From positions 974,365 through 1,021,266 of the forward strand of contig NW_005434660.1 of the NCBI RefSeq assembly GCF_000315625.1: 46,902 nt of DNA. The letters run 5' to 3'. Position 1 is the stretch's first letter, and each line of letters opens with the position of its first letter. Of this stretch, positions 24,205 to 40,500 are shown in pieces. The stretch comes from Guillardia theta CCMP2712. Taxonomy: Eukaryota > Protista > Cryptophyta. Below the pieces are notes generated by a model that saw only the letters and a program-made list of their open reading frames with translations, did not search any database and was not told the origin of the DNA. The position numbers and the translations under genes are program-made.

Positions 24205-27006
24205 ATGTCTGGTCGATTCATTCTCACTCTACTTGCGCTGGTCAGCTCCTGGCTGGCTTCAGGCCATCTGCTAGCCTCAGGCCATCCTCTACCCTGCTTC
24301 GAACGTGGCAGCATCAGTGCCAAGCAATTGAAACAGCTGAGATGTTACAGGGGTGTGAGTAGATTGAGAGGAGGGGGAATCTCCGGGTTTCAGCGATGGT
24401 TCACCCAGCAGTTTCCGTCGGCCGTCATCAAGGCGACTGAAGATCAGCATGAGGAGTTCGACCATGTCCTCTTCGACATGAACGGCCTCCTCCATACCGC
24501 GTGTCGGAAGGCCAAGGACTTCGAGCATGCAATACTGAGAGTGTACAAGGAGCTGGATGCTACCTTGCGCACCCTGATACCCACCAAGAGCGTCGTACTG
24601 GCCTTCGATGGCCCGGGGCCCTTGGCAAAGCTTCTCACTCAAAGGAAGCGCAGGAACAAGTCGTCCAAGGCCTCCAAGTACAAGCTCAGTGGCCTGCACA
24701 TCACCCCAGGAACGAAGTTCATGCAGACGATGAGGGAGGCTTGCGAGTACTATGCTGCCCTGCGGCTTGTGGCATCAGCCAAGTTCAAGAATGTTGCTTT
24801 CTACATTTCGGGCGCAGATGTAGCTGGTGAAGGTGAGATCAAGATCATCGAATGGATTCATAACCTGCTTCAGAACCAAAATGACGAGAAGATCATAATA
24901 GTTGGAGGAGACGCTGACCTGGTGCTTCAGGGCCTTGCAGTGCTTCGGGTCAAAGATCTGTTCGTCTATGCCGGCAAGGACATGTCGCAGCATCCCAGCA
25001 GCAGGAAGGCCAAGGGAAAGTCTTCTCCCTCCATCGTCCTCAGCATGTGGGAAGTTGTCCGCAGTCTTGAGAGGTTGTTCCCTGGCCAGTCACAGGCAGT
25101 TCGTGCAGACTTGATCGTCCTGATGATCATGAATGGCAACGACTACTTGCCGAAGGTGCGCGGAGGTAGCTTTGAAAGCTTCTTCAGAGCCTACAAGAAG
25201 GTGAAGGCGATGATTGGCGTACACTGATCTGTGACTCTTTTTGATGAATGACTAGGTGAAATCGATGGTGGATTTTAAGGACAGGTTCCTGCTCAACGGA
25301 AGTGAAAAGATGTTTGACTGGAAATTCTTGCACGCGTTCATGTCGCTAGTGCAGAAGGATGTCCCTCCAATCCCGTCCTACACCCCTTTGGACATTTTAG
25401 ATCGAATGGCGGACACAGACTCGAACGTGCTCCAGCGGCAGGACTACGTTTCAGAGTTATCCATGTACTATCAGAGGAAATACAAACAATCAGCTGCTGA
25501 GTTGAATGTTTCATCTTCCCAATTGCCCAACACGAATTGGCAATGCACCATCATGTGGGAGGGGAAAGCGTTTGTCGGCGAGCCTGAAAGGAGCATTCGA
25601 GCAGCCAAACAGGTGAGTACACGTTGCTTCTTGCTCCGTGTCAAGATCTGAAGTCTCATCTCCCTAGAATGCTGCGAAGGAAGTTCTTATTGCATGCGGA
25701 ATCATCCCTGACGACAAGGCGCAATTGGAGGAGGAGGCTGCCATGGTTGGCAATGGCAGAAATTTGACCACCATTACCCAGCAGGACAAGCAGAATCTTG
25801 GCATAGAACCAGCGGAGATGAGCGATGAGGGAGGCGCAGAGCTTGTTGAGTCGTACGAGAAAGCTTTGAACGAGTCAGAATCAGAAGAGGCCGAGTTGGA
25901 TGAAGACGACAACCTGGCTGGTTCATCCCTACCTGAGGATGATGAAGAAGAAGATGAAGACTGGGACGAAAACTTCGAGTATGAAAACGTCAAGATAGAA
26001 TATGAAGACATGCTGAAGGCCTCTCAAATCCCTTTGGATAACCGTGCTTTCGACAAGGTGTCAAGAATGCCCTTTAACATCCCAGACTACTTCGAGAGCT
26101 TGTTATGGAACATTCAAATGTACATCGATGGGTATGTCCCGGACTACTTCTACACGTACAATTTCAAGTTTGCTCCAGACGCCAAGAGCATTGTGAAATG
26201 GATCGAATCTGAGGACTTTGCACCTTTCCCTGAGCTGAACATTCCGTACTCGGAATGCCGAGCCCTACAGCCACTCCACGCTTGTCTGGCCATGATGCCT
26301 TCGACTTCACCCGAGTTTGTTCCCAAGGCCTACCAGTCCCTCATCTGCGAACCCAGCTCAAGGCTTTACCAAGTGCTCAACGTGGACTCGAAGGATTTTG
26401 ATGTTCCGGAGTTTCTGGACATCATGAACACGATTGATGGCAGACTCCTCACCCCAGAGGAAGAGATACAAACTCGGGACAATGGCTGCTGGAGTATTTT
26501 CTTCCGCACCAACAATTACCGGATGAGCAACTTCGCCAGGGGAAGAACGAAAGCGCAAGCACGAGACCCGGATGAAGTTCTGCTGCTGGGCTTGTCACAA
26601 CCCAAAGTGACCCTCGAGACTCTGACGGAGACAAACATGCCTCAGCCTCCCAACTCCAAGACTTCGAAATTCAGGAAAATTTTCGTGAGGTGCGTCAACA
26701 TGAGAGAGGGTTTTTTGATCCTCTGATCGTTCACACGTGACTCAATCAGGAAACCGGACATGCAGCTCCTCAAGATTCAAGCTCAGGACTTTCCTCCTTG
26801 CCTTGCATGGCCAACCCTCGAGCGGATGGATGACGACAAGAGTCTTAACTTCGCCTACGGAGACATCCTGTCGATCCCGTGAGTCTGCTGACCCAGTGCA
26901 CATGCATGTCCTTATCCTGGACTCCAGGTACGCGCGTCCTTTCCGGATCAAAGATCCCCCCTCAGTGCCAGAAGCTCCTCTCAATGGCACCCGACGAAAT
27001 GGCTGA
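24205..27006 (+). CDS. XRN-family 5'-3' exoribonuclease with an N-terminal targeting presequence and an internal dsRBD-like domain (5 exons)
   Basis: XRN motifs GISGFQRW, FDHVLFDMNGLLH, LAFDGPGPLAKLLTQRKRR, ITPGTKFM, GEGEIKI, GGDADL and GNDYLP; all seven catalytic acidic positions appear present. CR2-like YFESLLWNIQMYIDG..YFYTYNFKFAP and ALQPLHACLAMMP. Introns at ~25201-25255, 25613-25667, 26690-26749 and 26879-26927. Confidence 0.9.
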
Positions 27007-27024
27007 AGAGTTTCATGTCAATTG

Positions 27025-27186
27025 TTGGTGATACCAAAAACATCACCCTTGGTGATACCAAAAACATCACCCACAATTGTAAGCGATAGCGAACTCATGA
27101 TGAATAATTGTTAGCGATAGCGAACTCATGATGAATAATTGTAAGCGATAGTGAACTCATGATGAATAATTGTAAGCGATAGCGAA
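27025..27186. repeat. Two adjacent tandem repeats 3' of XRN: 24 bp x2 and 31 bp x3.6
   Basis: ttggtgataccaaaaacatcaccc x2 (27025-27072) and aattgtaagcgatagcgaactcatgatgaat x3 plus a partial copy (27075-27186). Confidence 0.92.
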
Positions 27187-27428
27187 AAACAACAGACGAC
27201 GAGATTGTCAACTTTTCAATGTTGGGTTGTCAAAATGTTGTGTTGACCCCACCACCACAACCCTTCAAGCCACGGGGTCCATCCAGACTTGCAGCCAGGG
27301 TAGATAAGAAGATAGGGGGTACTATTATGAGGAAAAGGGGGTCATTCGAATTTTGACGGGGTAGCGGTGGTTAGTACAGGTGGGTCATCCGGAAATAGCG
27401 ATCATGGCTGCGTAGGCTTGAAACGAAT

Positions 27429-31984
<4,556 letters not shown>

Positions 31985-32230
31985 TAAGAAGAATTGACAG
32001 GAATGGGAAACGAAAGAGAGATTGCTTATTGGTATAACATGTATATTCAATGTATGTTCATCCAAATGATGCGATATCAAGGGAGAAGGTTGTTACATTC
32101 ATTGACAACTCTCCTGTTCTCTCTTCACCCCTCTTCTCCTTTTCGAACTTCTCTCCAACTCTCCACATCCTCCCACCTCCTACTCCCCAACTCTCTTACT
32201 CCTCCCGCATCTTCTTGGTTTGCTTCCTCT

Positions 32231-34223
32231 TCAGTGCAGGTCGAAGTCGATGATTCCTTTCTCCTGCTGCACGTCAGCTCGGCTTGTCCTGCAGGCCCCG
32301 CAAACTTCTCACCTTGGCCAACTCGAGGTACTCCGAGTGCATCGGGGTTGGATCAGGGAACCCTGAAGAGACTCAGTGGAGAGGAGAGGCAGCGAGCATG
32401 AGGAGGTGAGCAGTGGGGGAGGGAAAGCGGTAACAGGAATCGAGGAGGGAAAGAAGCACAAGGAGGAGAAGTTGGCGGTGGTGGTGGAGTGGGTTGGGGA
32501 TGAAGGAGTAGTAGCAGCAGGAGAAGGACGAGGAGGACGAAGAGGAGGACTATGTAACGGGAGTGCAGGGGGAAGGAGAGTGGCGGGAGGAGCAGGATGA
32601 GATAGAAAGGGGCAACGCGGGCAACGCGGTTGGAAAAGTTGAGAGCAGAAACGAGGAGAGCAGGGGACGACGAGGGTCTAGGAGAAGATTTCTCACCAAT
32701 CTGCTTTGCCTGCTGGGAGAAAGTGTACCAGAAGCCGTTCCTGAAGGGATACTGCTCGATCTGCGAAACCCGTATGACGATCAGAGGAGGAAGGGAGGAT
32801 GAGGAGCGAAGGAGACACGGAAGGTAGAAGACAAGACGGGGTGTGACCTTGCAAGGACGGAACTCAACATTGTCATGCTGCGAGTAGGCGAACAATCTCT
32901 CTTCCACACCGTACATCAACGTCACTGCAAGTGTTCCTGGAAGAGACTGCAAGACGTTAGACAAGAAAAATGCACGTGAAAGACTCATGACAACAAGAAA
33001 TACAGATGACATAGTAACATGACAGTTGACATAGTAACGTTACAGATGAACATCATATGACATGACGATTGCGTCATTGCGATGTTTTACCCTTGCAATC
33101 TCCGTAATCATCTCTTGACATTCTTCTGTGTGACTTTGGCCAACCTCTCCGATGCTGATTCCTTTGTTCAACGCACCCACAAGCGGAAACACGCTGTCGA
33201 AGATAACCTGCTCCCTCATCTCTCAGTGATCTCATGCTTCACCCCTACCCCCTCCCCCCTTGGAACTACCCCCTTCCCGTTCGCTTCTTTGCTTCCTCCT
33301 CCCCTCCCGCACCTTTTCCAGCATCGCCCTCCTCCAGTCGCGGTAGAACATCGTCCTGCTGTGCCTGTGGCAGCTTCTCACTTCACCTCTCGCCCCCTTC
33401 CCCTTACAAGTTCAGTCGGTCTAGTCGCTGCTTCAGCGCGCCCGCCCACTTCCCGCAGATGCTCGTCTCTCCCGCGTACTTGGGCTCCCCGTACGCGTCT
33501 GTTCCCAAGTCCTGCACGGGTTGATCAAACAACCGAGGGGGAAGACAAGGATGAGGTGGATGGGGGAGAAACGTGGCGAAGAATACGGAGACAGAGGAAG
33601 TGGGACAGGAGCATGAAGTGAGGGGAGAGGGAGGAAGGAGCGAGAGAAAGCAAGGTCCTCACGACAAGACTATCTTGTGGTCGTCCTCCCTTGGAGAAGA
33701 GGGTGAAGTAAGGAAGCATCTGAGTGTTCTCGTTCCCGCACAGAGCGTACTTCTTGAGGATCGGCTCGATCATACCATCCTGCACAAACACAAGGTCGTC
33801 GAGCTTTGACTGAGGGCAGGAACGAATCACATTCTCCAGCTCTGACGTAGGGACGCACACGTACACCGGAAAGCTCTCGAGCCCCTCGTGGACCTCAGGG
33901 ATTTGCCCTCCTCGCCCCACCACAACGTCGTCCCCCCCCCCCGCTCCTCTCAGCATCTCCCCCACGCGTCCGCCACCGACAATGACAGAGGGAGTATCGA
34001 CAGATGCAACCTGCTCCTTGCCTGACAGCAGGTCCTGATACTCCTCCAACGCCTGTGGGTTGCTCCACACCTGCATCCTCCACCCATGACGAGGGCAGGC
34101 ACGAGGACGGAGTGACTGAGACCAACAGGATGGGCTGACGCGGAACGACTGGGAGGGGAGAAAGAGCATGACGACCCACGAGAGTCGCACGAGACTTTTC
34201 AAGTTCATCTGCCAGTCATCCAT
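32231..34223 (-). CDS. Plastid-targeted At1g16080-like Rossmann-fold protein (ketopantoate-reductase-like fold), multi-exon
   Basis: PSVIVGGGRVG, DLVFVQDGMIEP, TSICGKWAGAL, RRAMLEK|VIFDSVFPLVGA, VEERLFAYS, YPFRNGFWY and GFPDPTPMHSEYL|EKGIIDFDLH-stop follow the order in this conserved plastid family as I recall it. The N-terminus is a signal peptide ending SQS-F followed by an R/S-rich transit peptide (ASA-F-type stromal signal). Confidence 0.8.
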
Positions 34224-35063
34224 CAACTTTGCGACAAAGAAGCCTCCCACACAGAGCGAAAAAAAGCATGCGCCATCATTAAAACCTTTCTATTATGCTT
34301 TTGCACAATTTTACACTTCTATCACTTGATCATTCCGAGACCTTTTCTCTCTTTTCTTTCATTATAAAAACCAACACTCAACAAACCAACACAACTCGAA
34401 CCAAGTCCCCATGCCTATTGCTCGCGAATGCCTCGCGTCGGCTCCTCCTATCCATCTCTTTCTTGAAACTGCTTTCTGGCTGCATTCATTTCTGTCTCAG
34501 TAGAAAATTCTTTACATTTTCCTTGAGTCCTTCATCTTTACAGAAAGTATCCGTACATCTGATAACTGTCCCTCTTCCTTTTCTCATCCCTTTCCATCCT
34601 TTACTTTATCTCCTCTCCTCGTTCATTGATGCGTATTTGAGCAACATCAATCATCTTGTTTTGCTGGCAGTGATCGTCTCCTTCTCTCATCCATCCCATC
34701 CCATCCCATTCCTTGGCGCTCCTGCTTTTTTCCAGCATTTCTCTTCTTGTATCTACTACCCTACCCCCTGATTTCCCCAAGAATACCCCACAAAAATTTG
34801 ATTCAATACTACCCCTACTTTTTACTCTTGAAAGTACCCTATGCCCTCAGAGAAAGAATACCCCCCATTCCCTGACGAACTACCCCACCCTTGAACTGCG
34901 GCTTTGCCCTCGAAAAAAATAGTTTTCTTTCCACCCCCACCCCTTCTATTCCTATGATGTACCCTCAAGTGGATCATGATTGAGTACCCCATCCCCTCTT
35001 TCCCTTTCGAAGTACCCCTGTTACCCAACGACCCCTCCAAATTGCATCTCATTGCAAGGCGAC

Positions 35064-37470
35064 ATGATGGCTGAGAGGGAGAGGGGCGGAGAACATGCGA
35101 GAAGAGAAGAAGGAGGAGCAGGATTACCAGAGGAAGCAGCTATGCATTACCCAAGGTCAGAGGAGAAGAAGATGAGATTGTCCATGAAGGGAATGAGGGA
35201 ATGGCGTCGTGAAGGAAGATAAACAAGGAGTACCTGGAAATGTTCGATAGCGTCGAGGAGGACAGACATTCTGTATTAGGGTGAAAGTTGGCCGTTCAGC
35301 ACTAAAATCAAAGTTATTTCCTGGGAAAGGAAATGTTGAGCAAGACTTGAAGTCAGCTGTATCCCAAGGGAGACGCTGTAGGTCTTCTAACGTAGGTACG
35401 TAGGACGAAGGTGAGTTGCGAAGAAGCAACTCCGCATGGACAAGGAGGTCGAGTTTGTCGAGCAAGGAGGCGATCGTCAACGATTACTCAACGCTGCATC
35501 CTCACCTATGGCCTTCGGCTATGAGGTATCGGAGGACGGGAGGCCATTGAGGGTTTAGGGTTCACTGTGTTACTGTGCTGTGCTCAGGAAGTCGCTTCTT
35601 CGCTCTTGCATCCTGCAGAGCTGCCCCAGACCCACAACGAGCTCTCTGACGGCAGCGTCCGTGCGTCAATGGCTCATTACAACGTGTCCGGACAGCTCGG
35701 AAGCCCGTCAGAGCATTTTCACATGCAGAACGCAAGCAGCGTGTATCGGAGGTCGATGAATGAGAACTTCAACATCCAAGAGAAAGAAATCGATAGACTC
35801 GAGAAGATCGGAGAAGGTTGTGACCCTTGAGCCGCTCTTCCTCATTGATCTCATGGCTCTTCCTCATTGATCTCATGGCAGGGGTAGTTGGAAACATCTA
35901 CAGGGGAAGATGGAGGATGCTTGACGTGGCCATCAAGGAGCTCAAAGTCGACTATGAGAAGGGCAGCATTGCGCATAGCGACCTGCTGAAGGTGGACCAG
36001 CAAATCATCGTCAGCTCTCTCACATTCATGCGCAGGATTTCTCCATGTGGTCACGAGTTCGTCATCCCAACATCTGCATGTTCCTCGGGTTGCCCTCCCC
36101 CTCTTCGCCCAAATTCCTCACCCCCTGTGCTCCTCGTGCCCAGGATCGTGATAAGTAGTGAAGTCCCCGCGATTGTTTGCGAGATGATGGAAGGGGGAAG
36201 CATGGAAACTTTCTTTGTGCAGAACAGGAAGAGGTACGGACGAGATTGGAGGCCAAGCAGTCGCAAGGTTTATGAGTGGTCGCTTTGCTTGAACAGGGTA
36301 CATGAGAATTCCCTGCTCCTGTTCTCCTCCTCTCCATGCTCATCCTGCTCCTCCTGTTTCATTTGCCCGCTGATCTTGACATATTGCTCACAGGCCTTAT
36401 GCTACTTGCATGAATCGTCTCCTCCCATTGTTCATCGAGACATAAAACCTGCGAACCTTCTGCTGTCTGCTGATCACTCGTTCCTCAAGGTCTGCGTCGA
36501 AAGGCCATTCCCTCGCTGACCCTCTTCACAGTTGACTGACTTTGGGTTGGCGCGGGTCAGACCGGGAGGAACGTACAACATGTCGGGGAAGACAGGAACG
36601 AAAAGGTGTGGGAGAGGAGGGGAGAGGGGAGCCTGACGTGGTGGTAGGTATATGGCGCCAGAAGTGGTGCGTTGCGAGGGAGACTATGGAACGCCTGTGG
36701 ACATTTATTCAGCAGGTGAGAGAGTCAAAAGCAAAGGAGGTAGAGGTTGGAAGGGTGGGTGGGTCAGACAGGAGCAAGAGGGAGCAATGAGCAGGGTCGA
36801 AGATTCCAAAGGATCAAGACAAGATGCGGGAAGAGCTTACTTGTATCAGGCATGATCATGTGGCAAATGTGTGCGGGTCAGAGACCGTTGGAGCACATCT
36901 CAGCAGACGCCGTGGCATGTCGAGCGTCCGACCCTCAGGTACCGCGAGAGAGGAAAGAAGCGAAGATCAGGGAGGGAGGGAGGGAGGGAGGGAGGAGGCA
37001 GAATGATGCTGCTCAGGTAGATGGCAAGCAAGACACTAAATCACGTGTTGTAGGAGAACCTGCGGCCGAGCATGGATCGGGTCAGATGGAAGGATATGCA
37101 GTCTCTCATAGTTATGGTGAGGTGGAGGAGAGCCGAGCTGCGTGCTGAGCTTGTGGCTCAAGATGTGGAACGGCCAGCCCATGGAGCGACCGACAGCTCG
37201 AGAAGTTCTGACGATCCTTGAGCGAATGCGAGGGCGTCCTGGCCGAATGAGAAGGGTGAGGGAGGATAGCAGAGGGAGGGAGGGAGGGAGGGAGGGAGGG
37301 AGGGGGAGAAAATGGAAGAGCGCAGCACGAGGGGAGGGAGAAGAGAGTAGAAGTGTAACAGGGATTGGAAACTGACAGGGAGGGAGCCCAGAGGGGGAGA
37401 GGAGGGGGGGGGGGAGGAAGATGACGTCAGAGCTGCAGGTGGGATGCTCGTGCGGACTCTTTGAAGTGAT
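35064..37470 (+). CDS. Tyrosine-kinase-like (TKL/Raf-like) protein kinase, about 12 exons
   Basis: IGEG|VVGNIYRGRW, VAIKEL, RHPNICMFLG, HRDIKPANLLL, LTDFGLAR, TGTK|RYMAPEV, VDIYSA|GMIMW and MWNGQPMERPTAREVL across GT-AG introns. Confidence 0.92.
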
Positions 37471-37550
37471 GATGCATTGGGCACCCTTCCATTGAATTTT
37501 CTTAATGCCGATGCCTCCTATCTGTTTCCTTCCTTCCCTTCGCCCTTTCC

Positions 37551-40500
37551 TCATGTTCGCGTCTGCTCTTCGAGTCTCCAGTGGTGTAGGTTTGCCTTGA
37601 GCCGCTCTAGAATCACTTCAGAGGCGGGGAAGCAGCTCACCCACGCGACCGCCAGCGGGTTCACGACGAGCTCGAAGAATCCAATCTGCGACTTAGTCAC
37701 CCCTGGCTTGTTTCTGTCCATCAGGTAGGAGACAGGCAGCCCCAGTGATCTCTCTACATCCCCCTGCCGGAAGAGCTCGTCCTCCAGTCTCTGCGACCAC
37801 TGCACGTGCACGTCCAGCTCAGCGTAGGCGTGGCCGAGGTCGCACATTTTGATCGCTCCTCGCAGCATCAGCACTAGGCTCTGCTCGTCCACCTCCGGCG
37901 GCCCGTTGGCTTCCTTGCTCGTCTCCTGCCCCGGTCCGTTGAGAGAGGGCGCGAGCTCCGGCGTGGATCGCTTCTGCACGCGATGCAGCAGCTCAGTGCG
38001 GATGAGGGATACCATCCTCTGGTGCTCTCCCATGTCGGTCGCGAGGACCATGTCGATGATGAGCTTGCGGATCTTCGACTGCGAGAGCTGCGGCACGCTG
38101 TGCATGAAGTTGCAGTCCGGGCGCTTCATGATTCGGAAGGCAGCAGCGAGGTGATGGTTCTCGTTGGGTGCCTTGTCGTTATGTAGGAGAGCTCGCTCGT
38201 GCCCCATCTTGACGAGAATGTCGTTGTTCAGCCCCAGGTGCTCGAAGTCGTGGATGATCGCCGCGAGCAGGGCCGCGAGAATGTCCGTTGGCCCCATGAA
38301 TTCCCCGATTCCCCCTCTCGATATGAACATGTGCATCTTCTGCGTCACGTCCGCGCAGTGGATCGCGTTGTGGTAGGGGTTCGACTTGGGCATTCCGCTC
38401 TCAATCTCCTGCAGGAACTTGACCAGCCGCGCCGAGTCCAGCGCGAAGTTGTCGACACACCCGTGGGTCTTGAGAAGGAAGAGGGCCAGCACTTGAACAG
38501 GTTTGCCTCCCGTCACCTCATTCAGCTTAAACGGATTGAAGTTCCAGTCATGAATAGTCTGCAAGCATTCACTGACTTCGCTGCTGTTCATAAGCTCTGC
38601 TATTCCCCGCTCAAGGAATGAAAGATGGTCTGACATCTTGTGCGACAGTTTCGTGTCTCCAAAGCTGTTTAGCAACTGAGGAGGAGGAAGTAGCGTTGCA
38701 TGTACACTGCTTGCCTCATTCATCGCCACGTCATGCGCGTCCTGCTGCAATTCTTCCCCCGTGCGCGACTCCTCCCCCGATGGACGATCGTCGCCCTGCT
38801 CCTCAATCTTCGTCTCGAGATCCTCAAAGTTTTCGGTCTTCTGAACGCCCAGCAAGCCAGCCACATCGTCGTCAAAGAGGCCAAGCAAACCAGCAGGCGA
38901 GTCAAAGTTGAAAGGAGTCTCTGGGGACTGCCGCCCTGTAGTTGAATAGATCTCATGCTCTGCGTTCTTCATTTCAACATCATCATCGTTAACATTCACA
39001 TCCAAGTTGAGCGCCTCGTAGAGATTCTCTGTGTCCTTGGCGATGATTTGAAGCAGGTCTCTCGCCAATGCGACATGAAACTGATCATCCCCGTCCCGAA
39101 TGCCATCCAATGAACATTTTACGTGATTCATGGCCAAAATCATCGACGGCTCTATGAAGTGTTCTGCTTTGCGGAGCTCAGCATAATGCATTTCGAATCT
39201 CATCCAATCGAGAGAACACAAAAGGTACAAGAAGAAGAATTTTCTGGAGCTGCATAGTGCACAACACTTTTGAAGATCATCCCTTACTTCCTTGACCCAG
39301 TTGTCACGCGATTCAACTTCTTCGAACAGGTCGATCTTGTCAGACGCTGTCATGATCTTGGAGGCACAGAGGAGACGAAGATATTCAGACTGAAGGTAAC
39401 TTCCAAGTCGGAGAACGTCTGGCAGGCATGCCGTTATCCTCGACTTGACCAGCTCCCAGTCTCCTCGAACAGCAATACATTGTAAACTGAGAATCGGATC
39501 GATCTTTTGCGTATGAGGTCCAACGTTACTTCCGAACGCTCCATGCCCCCCCTCCCCATCCCGCGACTCCGCCGACGCAGATTCAGAGTCGAGCAGAGAG
39601 CCGAAGTCGGACATGTCCTCGTCCAGGTCAAGGTTCTCGCGCTCCGACAAGATGTTCCCCTCGTGAAGCATCGAGAAATGCGCATTGATCCGCGGGTTGC
39701 AGGCCCATCGCTTCGCACGGTTGGCCAGCGACGTGCAGTGACCGAGGTCGTACTGATGCGCGATGTTCAAGGCGCGCAACGCAAACTCCTCGCATTTTCC
39801 CACTTCTCCTGTGAGCGGGAAATATTCGTTCGCTAGTGTACACAACACGACACAGAGAGTAGGAGGATGCGCCGCTTCCTCTGCCATTCTAACAACTTCC
39901 TCCAGCTTTCCACGCGCATTTTGTAGATCCCCCACGACAACAAGGGCAGGTGCCCATGACGACAGAGCAACGATGGTTTGTATGACTCCGTTGATGGCGG
40001 CGAGCTCCGAACCTGAAGCAAGATAGTCATCATAGATCTGCTTGAGACTGTCCATGTAGTGAAACAAGTTGTCAAAGTCTCCAGTGAAATAGAGAGCTGG
40101 GATTAGAGACGCCATTCCCAGCTCTTCATGCAGCCGATTTGATGTTCTCTTTCCTGACTTATAAATTCTCTTAGCAATCTTTGCGCCAACATCATAAAGC
40201 TGACGGCCGTACAAGTTCACACAAATCCCAGCTAGAGCAGGAACAGCAAGGTCGTCCAGATCTTCTGACTGTGGAATCAGTCTATGCAGACCATGATACG
40301 CTGCTATAGACTCGGGACTGCCATGGCCGTAGACAAGTAGTGTATGCGGAGCCATCTCTGCCAGCAGCATTAGCTTGCGATCTGCGATGTCTTTCTGCAA
40401 CGGAACCCTGTCAAGTATCCTGCATGCTCGTTGCAGCAATTCGATGGCAGGCAAGTACGAACATTCTGCCATTGCAGCATGCGCTGCCAAGTGTAGGTAG

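Noticed and set aside
1-27006. Functional RNA-decay cluster (SMG8 plus XRN)
   Set aside because: The genes are 20 kb apart with unrelated genes between them and are probably in different compartments; co-location is likely coincidental.
27075-27186. CRISPR-like 31-bp repeats
   Set aside because: Direct tandem copies without spacers.
32630-32827. Apparent zinc finger (CFAC...CSIC) on the + strand
   Set aside because: It is antisense to the YPFRNGFWY exon of the At1g16080-like gene, which explains the sequence better.
35834-35878. 22-bp tandem duplication in a kinase intron (also an 18-bp duplication at ~13233-13271)
   Set aside because: Ordinary local slippage duplications with no evident function.
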